64,000 bases of DNA, taken from Octopus sinensis. Taxonomy: Eukaryota. The DNA is taken from contig NC_043001.1 in the NCBI RefSeq assembly GCF_006345805.1, positions 31,620,001 to 31,684,000 of the forward strand, written 5' to 3'. Each line of letters starts with the position of its first letter. The first letter of the stretch is position 1. Position numbers and translations under genes: made by a program. The notes under the pieces were generated by a model. That model saw only the letters and a list, made by a program, of their open reading frames with translations, ran no database searches and was not told where the DNA came from. Positions 53,575-64,000 of the stretch are shown in pieces.

Positions 53575-54360
53575 TGCTGAACTGAAAGAAATCACCGTGA
53601 ATGAGCTTTGAGGTTTAGTCTGAGCTGAGAAAGGAGTTCAACACGAACTGTGAGGTAACGTCTGAGAAAAGGTCATCCAGAACTGAGAGAAAAAAAACCA
53701 TCCAGAGGTCAACCCTCCCAATGAGAAGAGGTCAACTTGATGCCAGAGAAATCAACTATAATCAAGAGAAGGTCACTTCGAACTGCGAGAAGACATTACT
53801 TCGAACTGTGAGAAGATGTCACTTCGATCTGTCAGAGGAAGTCACCTTGAACTGCGAGGTCAAACTGAGCCGAGATAAGTGGTTAGCTTGAAACAAGAGT
53901 AGAGATCAACCAGAGGTCACCTCGAACTGAAAGAAAAGTCAAGTTGAACTGAAACAAGAAACCTTGAACTGCAAGAGGTCATACTGACCTGAAAGTAGAC
54001 GCCACTCAAGGGGTCAGAGAGGAGAATAGGTCACTCCGAACTGAAAGATGAAATCAGCTTGAACTGCGAAAAGCAAGATAAAAAGGACTAATTTTAAACA
54101 GAGAGGCGGTCACCTTCAACCGAAAGAAGTCACTCTGATCTGAGAGAAGAGGTCACTCTGAACTGAGAAGACCTTCGTCAAAACAAAAGGTCATCCTGTA
54201 CTGAGAAGTCATCTAAAACTGAAAGAGACGCTTCTCTGAACTAAAGAGGTATCTGAGAGCCAAGAGATGATTTGGGACGAAAAAGAAGTCATCTTCAACA
54301 GAAGTACAAGTTCAAGGTGACTTGAACTTGTACAGAGTAGAGGTCATCCTGAAACAAGAG
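53575..54360 (+). repeat. Degenerate ~22-bp tandem array, consensus about GAGAAGAGGTCACTYYGAACTGA
   Basis: Exact AGGTCA at 53670, 53706, 53729, 53770, 53857, 53914, 53976, 54028, 54150, 54188 and 54341, most followed after 3 nt by a TGAACT/CGAACT-like half-site. No sustained reading frame was found on either strand. Confidence 0.85.
53976..53990. promoter_or_regulatory. Perfect estrogen-response-element consensus (AGGTCA-TAC-TGACCT)
   Basis: Exact IR3 palindrome inside the array; function untested. Confidence 0.5.
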
Positions 54361-54684
54361 CAGTGGTAATACGGAGCTGATATACAAGTCAGCATGAATT
54401 AGGCGGGTTTCCCTAAACCGAGACGTCATCCTATGGAGAGACATGGTCTCCTTAAAGGAAAAATTAACGTTGAAATGGGGGAAGACTCAAATAACCTGCG
54501 AGAAATAGATCGAAAATATAAAACTGAGATGGCAAAATCACGATCGACTGTGATGATTTTATATATATATATATACATACACACACAAAGCGTGAAAGTG
54601 GAGCGTCACTCGCAAATGTAAGAGAATCATATGGAACCGACATAGATAAGACAGGCCGAAACTAAAAGCTACACTTATTTACAA

Positions 54685-54895
54685 GAGAAGCTATACTGGT
54701 TAGGTGAGAAGCTACGGTTAACTGGAAGAAAAGAATACGCTCATCTAGCAGAAGACATACGTTTTAACTGGTACAGAAGTTACGTCTAGTTGGACATGAA
54801 GCTACGTTCGTCTGAAAGAGAAAGTTACATCTGACTGGGGGAGAAGTTACGTTTGACTGAAAAAGAAGATATACGTTCAACGGGAAGAGATTTTA
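54685..54895 (+). repeat. Second degenerate ~22-bp tandem array, consensus about GAGAAGYTACGTTTRACTGRAA
   Basis: About 10 units, e.g. gaagttacgtctagttggacat, gaagctacgttcgtctgaaa, gagaagttacgtttgactgaaaaa. Confidence 0.8.
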
Positions 54896-56699
54896 TGCGC
54901 AACCAAAAGCAGGGACAGGTACAAAACAAACAAACAAAAAAAGTAATGTTGTTCGAACGACAGAGAAGAAAAAAAGTGAAAGCTAGAGAAAAGAAGGACG
55001 AAAAAAAAAGGAAAAAGAAAAATGACAAATAAGTAGGGAGATGTCAAGCTGAACGAAGACGACTAATTAGTGAGAGATATACAGATGTTAGACTGGATTC
55101 CGAGAGAAAGAGAAATATTATACGTAGAGCTAAGAGAAAAAGATAGCGTGGTCACATGGAGAGAGAGGGAGAAGATGAAAGAAAGAAGGAAAGACAGAGA
55201 GCTGTTACGCCAAAGTAATTTCTTTTCATAGGCAAACTATCGGTTTACTTGCTAATTTCACATGATATCATCTGACAGCACAATTTCACGACAAACCAAC
55301 GGAACATTCGCCGTTTTAAATGAAATGAAGCAACATTATCTGTCGCAATCTTTGCAATACATAAATATTTATGATTCACACACACACATACGCATTTTTA
55401 TACCTACTTTCACACATACCGAGAGAGAGAGAGAGAGATGATTATAAGAATTCCACTTGTCCGAGAGAAAAATGTAACAGATGTGTGTATGTGTGTTTGA
55501 ACGTGCGAGTACGCACACACTCTGAAACCAAAGTAGAAAAATATTTGATTCACAGCCACTTAAGGGGTTGGTGATATTTAGAGATAGATGTTTTAGTCAA
55601 ATTGACAAACTCGTGTTACAGTAACAGCGTTTATTACTTACTACACCCACTCTTCTAGTCACTGGAAATTCCAAATATTAAGTTGAAAAGAAAAGAATAA
55701 TAAAAACTCGAAGAAACAAAAGGAAATTTAATAGCAAACACCAACACAGCATCGCCGATTATTTATACGTTTTTGTGTTGTGTGAGGGCGGCGGACATAA
55801 GATTCAGGCGACCAAGGTGAGAGTTTCCACGAGTGCTCTCACAAGACAGCATCAAGTCAGTATGGGACTAGATTGTTGTTGTTGTTTAGGCCCAGTTCAG
55901 CCCTGATCGAGCAGGTCTATTTATACCAAAGGAATTTCAATCATCCTGACCATTACATTATTATTATTAGTATTATTTTTACGGTGACATTATCAAACGT
56001 CTCTTTGCCTTTATTTCACACGGTCGAACCTGATATGCAGAAAAGAAAGTAGGATAAACTGTGAATACAGAGGAATGTATGTATGAAGGACACATTTAAC
56101 CGGATGGGACCTTCACCTATAGTCGAGCAGCTGCGCGCGTACATACGCACGCAGAGTGTATAACGAACTTTCTGTTAACAGGATAGAACATACGTATGTG
56201 TTACCATAATTATGAATGCTCCATCACTCCTCTGTGTTATTGGGCAGGAGGTGTATTGTCGGCCACATTGTTCTAAACAGCAGGTAAATTTGATATTCCT
56301 TAATTGCACGTATCTCCTATACACTGTTATATATATACATGTATGTGTAAACATTATATATACACATACATATGTATTTACAAATACTTATATGCACATA
56401 AACACACACACATATATATATACCTATCTCTTTTGTTAAGACGAGCGATTTTAATTATAACAATGCTTTGATACAAACACCATAAGTTCATCTTTGCTAT
56501 ATACTTATCCTCACTTATTGCATTGATCCTCCTCGAAAACGATGTACAGTCATGGCTGGCAAGGATACTAAAGCCTTGTAGTCTACCCATTCCAGCATGA
56601 ACAGCAGTTGTAGCTCTCATCTGAAATATTTTCACACATTCAGCAATGATATTTCACAACTGGAGCACTATGTGTACTAAAATGAACTCATGGTTCTGG

Positions 56700-57885
56700 A
56701 TTAGAGGGAAAAAACCCCCCAAAAACGGTGGCATCAGATCCTTCTCATGCAGCAGGCAAAACATTTTTTGATCATGTAAATCTGGCAAACTTCAAGTTCA
56801 CTCAAACATATTACTATTGTATTGGCCTCATATAGAGTTGGTGCAACTTTACTCACTGGTAATATAAACTACTCATTTTGTTTTTAAATGACCACTCCAC
56901 CTTAGTACACACTGACTGCTGAGTGTGCAATACTGGTAAAGGATCTGGACAGCTGATCTACTGAAACAGAGTGAATGCACAATGTTTACAGACTTGCACC
57001 TCTTAAAGACCTCAAAAGTAACTAACAGCATGAACGGCGTCATGGCCGTACTCTCAGGTGATTTCTAGCAAACACAGTCAGTTATTCAAAGAGTACACCA
57101 GCTGATGATTTGAGAGGATGCCTCAAAAAAGTTTATACATTTAAAGACAAGAGGTCAATCTTTCTACCAAACAGGAGATTTGCACTTAACAGAGTTCTCT
57201 CAGCAACCAGCTGACACTGAAATTAAAGATGTCAAAATACTAAACAAACTTGTAGATCACCACCAAATATCAAGAAATGCAATTCAAAGTTTATTCTAGT
57301 CTTTCACAGAATTATAGAAAAACCGGAGAGACTTTGTCAGTGTGCCATTCCACCTGCCCCCAAATGACAGAGTAGCAGATATTAATGCTATAATCATTCA
57401 ACAGGTACCAGCTCAATCCAGGTGGTGCAAAGGAAGTTCTTCACCCTTAGAGTTTTAAAATTCTCTACAGCTTATTGTTGTCCTTCCCCATAATCTGCAA
57501 TTCAAAGTAGAATCACTCATTATGCTGCTTCAGAATTTGGATCCACCAGAACTCTTTAAAGGTGCAAGATAAATTGCCCAAACTCTTATGCCGTATGCAA
57601 TTAAGGCTACAATTATAATTAGTTGTATCAGAAAAGCATTTTTAATTCCACACATTCCTCTCAACGTCTCAGGTATTTCCTTTCAAGCACCCTTCAGTTG
57701 CCATTGACATTGTGTTTTTTTTGTTCTATGAGATTCCTTAGAGTTGCTGATAGTTGAACTGACAAGTCCATGCGCCTCATGGTGAACTTCATATTACATG
57801 CTCTCATGCTGATCCCCACAAATATCTTTTCACCAGAGAACCAAAATGCAGAAACAAAAAATGTTGTCTATCCCAGGGCACTAGC
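56700..57885 (+). pseudogene. Helitron PIF1-like helicase relic
   Basis: Motifs appear in order across frameshifts: AAGKTF (Walker A-like), VLSGDF*QT, QNLDPPELFKGAR, HGELHITCSH (cf. HGQLYVACSR), and terminal KNVVYPRAL (cf. KNVVY.EVL). Confidence 0.8.
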
Positions 57886-58045
57886 TGAGCAAGACACATT
57901 TAAACTTATCAATAAATAGTCATAAAGCTTCACACCATAAAAACACAGCAATGTTTGGATTAACTATATATATATATATATATACATACACACACACACA
58001 CTCGAATACAATTACACGCGAAACGGATTGCCTAAAAGAGTGCTA

Positions 58046-58462
58046 GGTTTGAACGGCAGTTTTTTCTAGCGGTGTCATATGAAATTGTCACCCATAATTA
58101 TCACCCTAGTATCGATCTATTCCCTTTCAATCTATTTTAGGGTTAGGGTTGGAGTTAGGGTTAGGGGTGGGGGAAGGGTATCTTTTTTTTCTTCACAAAT
58201 GTAAATAAACCCAATCTGTTTCTTAAACGAGGGACATTTTCATACGGCACAGAATGTTTTCACCTCAATAGACATCATTGATTGGTTGAAATTGCAGAAA
58301 AAAAAAAAAAACCAACAAATATCATACAAACTATAGAATTTTCTCAATAAAGCCAAAAGAAAAAGATGTTTTATAAACACATTCTACCAGTATACGAATT
58401 TTAAAAGTGTTTAGTTACGTGGAAATTATTTTAAAAAACTGCCGTTCAAACCGAAAAGATCC
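58046..58462. mobile_element. Merlin-like MITE with the first 10 bp of the left TIR missing
   Basis: Right TIR ...ccgttcaaaccgaaaagatcc; TSD gagtgcta / gcgtgcta; body colinear with the 59151 and 60020 copies. Confidence 0.8.
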
Positions 58463-59150
58463 GCGTGCTATAATTGCAGTCATTTAAATTTAAGAAAAGT
58501 TTCTACACATAACATGGGTAACACTGGGTGCCTCTTCTAGCATGCGCACACATAGAGGTTAAATAGCAGCAGTCCAAATAAAAGTGTAATTAAGAAGTAC
58601 CATCTAGAATAACAAGCTAAGCTAATGACATTCAACAAGAAATATGAGAATTCCTTTAGATTTAACAAAGCAAAAAAATACCATCATTATTATCTTGCAG
58701 TGAGTGACAAGATGTGTCCAGTCTTCCGTACTTTTAAAGTTTATGTTGTTTGTCGTCCCACCGTCACCATGGTATACACATCTCCACCCAGCACATGTAT
58801 TACGTATCATCATAAGGAGATAAAAAAAAAAGTGGCATTTCGACCAACCCTGCATCCCTGAATCATGAAACAAACACCTTCAGTGTATGTGCCGTCGTAG
58901 TGCATGACATTACCCAATATGCCAATGCAGTGTGCGCACGCATATGTTGTGTGCGCGTGCATGCGCGTATTTCGACGAGCGAATGTGAGCATTAAAAATG
59001 GGAGATTGCTTGTGTTAGGTGCATTTGTACCCAAGCATGTGTGTACACGTGTGAGAGCGCAAATTCAATAATTTCGCCAGCAGGCATGGACCACAAAATG
59101 TACAAGAAGAGATGATGATGTTGATTTCTATAGGCACAAGGCTAGAGTTT

Positions 59151-59571
59151 GGATCTTTTCGGTTTGAACGGCAGTTTCTTCTAGCGGTGTCATATGAAAT
59201 TGTCACCCATAATTATGACCCTAGAATCGATCTATTGCATTTCAATCTCTTTTAGGGTTAGGGGTGGGGGGAAGGGTATATTTTTTTTTCTTCATAAATG
59301 TAAATAAACCAAATTTGTTTCTTAAACGAGGGACATATTCATACGGCACAGAATGCTTTTTACCTCAATAGACGTCACTGATTGGTTGAAATTGCAGAAA
59401 TTGAAGAAAAAAACCCAAAAAACAACAAATATCTTACAAATTATAGAATTTTCTCAATAAAGCCAAGAGAAAAAGATGTTTTCTAAACACATTCTACCAG
59501 TATACGAAGCTTAACATTTTTTAGTTACCTAGAAATTATGTTAAAAACTGCCGTTCAAACCGAAAAGATTC
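59151..59571. mobile_element. Merlin-like MITE
   Basis: Full TIRs starting with GG; 8-bp TSD tagagttt / taaagttt. Confidence 0.85.
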
Positions 59572-60019
59572 TAAAGTTTTTTTTTGGTTGGTAGTATTGA
59601 GGGTGTTGGGAGCAATCAATTATATCGATCCCAGTACTTGATTGGCACTTAATTACATCGATCCCAAAGGGACAACCTCGTCAGGATTTGAACACAAGAC
59701 ATTTCATATGTGGCTGATGCTCTACTGATTCAGTAAAAATCTTTTACTTTAACAATAACTGCTTCTAACATAAGCAAGCACGAAGCCACACTTTTGTGAC
59801 CAAAGAGAAACAACCCTACTTCATTAATACAAAACAAAATATAATGGCAATGAACATTAATTTATATTCGCTTCTCTTAAAGAATTTAAACAACTTTTTT
59901 TTTGCAGAGTTATTTTCTCATAAATTTCCGCATTCTCTCCTTTCCGAAACGGGGTCAACACAACTAGTCCTTTCTTTGAGTCAATGGACTCGCAACTTGT
60001 CTTATTCGCTGTGTTGGTT

Positions 60020-60418
60020 GGATCTTTTCGGTTTGAACGGCAGTTTTTTCTAGCGGTGTCATATGAAATTGTCACCCATAACTATGACCCTAGTATCGAT
60101 CTATTGCATTTCAATTTTTTTAGGGTTAGGGTATCTTTTTTTCTTCACAAATGTAAATAAACCCAATCTGTTTCTTAAACGAGGGACATATTCATACGGC
60201 ACAGAATGTTTTCACCCCAATAGACGTCATTGATTGGTTGAAATTGCAGAAATTGAAGAAAAACAACAACAAATATCTTACAAGCTACAGAATTTTCTCA
60301 ATTAAGCCAAGAAAAAAAAGATATTTTATAAACACATTCTACCAGTATATGAAGTTTAAAAGTGTTTAGTTACATGGAAATTATTTAAAAAAAACTGCCG
60401 GTCAAACCGAAAAGATCC
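60020..60418. mobile_element. Merlin-like MITE
   Basis: Full TIRs with a perfect 8-bp TSD TGTTGGTT (60012-60019 and 60419-60426). GG termini plus an 8-bp TSD fit the Merlin/IS1016 superfamily. Confidence 0.85.
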
Positions 60419-60713
60419 TGTTGGTTTTGTCCAGCCCCACCCCAACCCCGGTCAGCCCTAGCTGAGCAAAACCTACGACCAAAGGCGTTTCAGCCATCCT
60501 CCTCCAATCCTTAACATATTTAGGACATTACCATCGTCTTATTAGGATGGTGTAATTTTGTGATTTGGGGGGAATTTAACAGCTATTTTTAGTACTTAAC
60601 CGACCACCTCGACAGCAAAATGTCAACACAAAAGACAAAGAATTTAAAAGAACCGAACAAAGGAATTGAGAATGCCAATGTTACATCATCATATTTTGAG
60701 TGAGTGTACGTGC

Positions 60714-60717
<4 letters not shown>

Positions 60718-60760
<43 letters not shown>

Positions 60761-60767
60761 CGTGTAC
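60718..60767. repeat. (GT)n-(GC)n alternating purine-pyrimidine tract
   Basis: About 17 GT units followed by 5 CG units. Confidence 0.9.
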
Positions 60768-61679
60768 GGCGCTTTTAAGTTAGAGAGCAAATTCAATAAA
60801 GATCTATATATCTATCCAGACAAACACAATATCATAAATTATTAGGTTAAGTCACTGGCGAGTAAAGTCAGTAAACTCCCCTCGTACCAATTTCCACCTC
60901 AGTTCTACCTCACTTAGGCAATATATACGATTGCGGCCTTGTACACAAGAAACAAAGCAATTTTATCATGTATCGTAAAAAAAAAAAAAAAAAATCTATT
61001 AAATTTCGCGATGTGGGGAAAATCCAATCGAGGTCATGTGTCTTAATTGATTGAAACAGTTAGGTTTTCGTCTTGTATATACAAATGAATATGAGCTAAA
61101 AATCCTACACACACATTCATACATACATGCATGCATCAGTACTGTATTGACCAGACAACAGTTGGATATTGCAATACATCGCTAGTCACAATGCGCTTCG
61201 CTTCGTTTTGGCCTTCGAGTGATGCCACCCCAGATCAGAAGACTATTCCGTCGTAGAGTCCCCAATTTACAGCTGAGTGGACTGGAGCCACGTGAAATGA
61301 AGTGTTTTGCACACAAGAGCACAACGCGCCGCCCGGTCCGGGAACCGAACCCACGATCTAGCAATCGTGAGTGCAAACAGCCTAACAACTAGGCCACGCA
61401 TCTTCACTCTCTCACACACACAATATTTAGTTCTTAGAGTATTGAGCATAGTTTCTGTTACATCATAAATACACCAAACAATATACTTGAAGAAACAGAC
61501 AATGTTCTGTAGCCCTAGGTCAGGGATCATTGGGTAGACGCACCTTAGATCAAATGCATTCTAGCCGTGCCCATGCAATTCTATTCACCCTGGCCTTGAT
61601 ACATTATCCAACGCGAGATGGGTATTTGATTAAAAAAAAAAATCCCCGAACACTTGTTCACTATTTCTCGCTGGTCAAA

Positions 61680-61905
61680 TATTGGCTCAACATCATCTTA
61701 TATTGTTGTTAAGACCCTAATCGAACAAACCTACCCCTAAAGATGTTTTAACAATGACCAATAAGTCTTCCCCCCCTCAACACAACGTATCTTGGACAAC
61801 ATTATCCAGTGTGTCCTTCCTCTTATTCTAAAGACGATTGAATGTGATTTGAGGGAAATTTGGCTGCTATTTTTAGAAATCGAGGTTAAGAAAGCTTTCC
61901 TGTAC
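61680..61905 (-). mobile_element. Family E LINE-like 3' end with a (CAA)n-type tail
   Basis: Shared block cattatccagtgtgtcc...tgtgatttgagggagatttggctgctatttctag. It also occurs at ~5145-5250, 12130-12290, 20860-21000, 22920-22990, 40355-40510, 47860-48065, 55870-56030, 60420-60610, 62560-62640 (opposite orientation) and 63915-63990. Confidence 0.7.
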
Positions 61906-64000
61906 CGTGGATAAGTTATCTCTGGGGCGCACCTGTGCTGAGAAAAAAAAATTACGAATCGTTAATTTCATAAATTCAGATTTATGCAAATGATATTAAT
62001 ATTAATGTCTTTTTTTGTTTTTCCCAAATAGATTTTTACAGACTTCGCCAGTAAGCAGAATTTTATTTCCGGGGCCTAGTAAAACTACAAGCCTTGTAAA
62101 AACCCCCTTCATTGACTTATCGTCTTTTGACACGTTTATGGAGTCAACGAGTAGAATTAGTTTTACTTTTACCCTTTCTTTTTAAGATGTTAGGAGCAGT
62201 TAGCTTTTTGTTTTATACAAAATAACAAAAAAATACGTAAGGGTTACGGGAGACATCTAGTCACTTGTCGAGAGATAGATAGATAGATAGAGTACATGAA
62301 CTTGGCGGAAGGGTTTTTTTAAAAATCTTTTTTTTTTGCAGACGAATAGTCTTCTAAGTCATTCATCCATGAATTATGAAATCTTACCTAAGCAGTTCTC
62401 GTTAGTCCGTAGGCAAAAACCACTCACGCCATTCCACGCCGAGTTTAACTTTCTCGATTGGAGCAATCGTATGTACAAAACTACTACTACTACTACTACT
62501 AATTAACTACTACCACCTCCACCACTATTCCAAAAAGACTCAACGTCGTTACTTGACCTGCAAGAAATAGCAGTCAAATCTCAATTCCAGAACCGTCTTT
62601 AAAAGAACAAAGAAACAGCAGTCGATAATGGTAACCCTGTCAATATATGTATGTATGGATTGAAAAGGGCACGATGGCTAAGACGAGAAAACCTTGACCA
62701 GGACTAAACATTAACTTTCTCTCTTACACACACACACACACACACTCGTTTGTGGCCGTAAATATGGCAAGTTCGGCTCGTAGCCACCTAGGTCCGGGTT
62801 AGGTTGTACTGCTCGACACCTCTCATGAGTGTCGTCTATCATAGATTTCTGAAGGTGTGTCCAGAGTTAGTTGGAAACTATGGGGAAGCCAGTCGTTGTG
62901 TTCAAACAAACCTATGACAGTGTTCCAGTAATGACTATCTATTATATGTTATTCAATCGGCAGAAGTTATTAAGTGATTAAATAATGAGTGTGTGTGTGT
63001 GTGTGTATGTGTACACACACACTCATGTCTGAGTTCTATTCCCCCTCTCTCTCACTCTATATGTGTGTGTCTGTCTTTCGCTGAAGTACGCCGGCGCAAG
63101 ATATACATAGATGGACAACGCTACTCCTATCCGAAACAGGTGCTTTTGAATAAATTTTTTTTTCGAAAAAAAAAAAAAAAAAAAAAAATAATAATAATGT
63201 ATGGCATTTATTCTGCCTGAAAATAACCTTATTACTGTCGTCATAAATCCAAATGCACTGAAAATGTGACTTGACCCACTGCAAGACTGATAACCAACGG
63301 CGCCATTGTTCACCATAAGCTATACATATAAACTCATCGTGCAATTATGCCGACTCTTCGCCCCAGCATTTTCATTTAGTTGCTTTGCACTGAGTCGGTC
63401 TTTGGGGTTACGTGGTACTACCTATTATGTCAGCCAGCAAATCGATGACAAAAATGTCTTCGTATCGCTGTTTGCCATGGATACAGCATCTTTTAGAGGA
63501 GGTCTTTTTCGATGAATGACAAACAACCATCTGGTGCTATTTTCACTTATTAAACATACGCTCCAGCCATGACCATCTCATTTTCTCCCCCTCCCCCCAT
63601 TTAAATGTATAGAGTAGTGGTAGTGGTAGAAGCAGCATACGGTTAGCTTCGTCACAAGAAGTTCGTAAGTATTTGAGCATCGTAAGAAACTCGGAGTGGA
63701 AACGAAGTGAGTTTTTTTGTCTACAAGACTAAACGAGAAGCGACTAGGTAGGACTTGAGTTTTCGCAGATGAATGACTAATAGCATGTAGGAAGATCATC
63801 CGATAAAAAAAAAAAAAAAAACCTAAAAAGAAAGAAAAAAAAAACCAATAAAAAAGTGAGAGAGAGAGAGAGAGTGACACTCCTGTCAACTTCATTAACC
63901 AATGAAATTTTACATCTAAGATGGTAAGGTGCGATTTCGAGAGGGATTTGGCTGCTATTTCTAGTAACCCGAAAGCGACCAGGTTGCCTCACTACAACTA

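Noticed and set aside
53575-54895. Repeat arrays as CRISPR or as a repeat-protein CDS
   Set aside because: The repeats are degenerate, have no unique spacers and no cas genes, and the context is eukaryotic. Unit lengths are not multiples of 3, and the frames tested hit stops within a few units.
62428-62480. TIAPIEKVKL as a mitochondrial-carrier signature
   Set aside because: It is an isolated motif with no preceding TM helix, a weak acceptor and no further carrier exons.
63370-63470. RNPKDRLSAKQL resembling kinase subdomain XI
   Set aside because: It needs a frameshift to join the upstream DLLADII, and no other kinase subdomain is present.

Overview
AT-rich, repeat-dense eukaryotic DNA. The SINE families look like Octopus (coleoid cephalopod); this is recognition from memory, not a database result. 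No protein-coding gene could be named, and almost all ORF-track entries are chance ORFs or read-throughs of repeats and microsatellites. The window has two compositional domains. About 1-42.5 kb is strongly CpG-depleted, which suggests a methylated gene body or intron, and about 43-64 kb largely retains CpG. The CpG-retaining part holds promoter-like and short exon-like segments that suggest a minus-strand gene running leftward. Mobile DNA includes at least four SINE-like families, CR1-, RTE- and other LINE remnants, two mariner relics, a hAT MITE, a Tigger-like relic, four Merlin-like MITEs, a Helentron-like element, a Helitron helicase relic, and a Penelope-like insert with hammerhead-core motifs. 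The most unusual unexplained structure is a non-coding, degenerate ~22-bp tandem array at 53575-54360. It is built from nuclear-receptor IR3 (ERE-like) palindromes, with 11 exact AGGTCA half-sites and one perfect ERE. A related second array follows at 54685-54895, and both lie beside a CpG-rich unique block.
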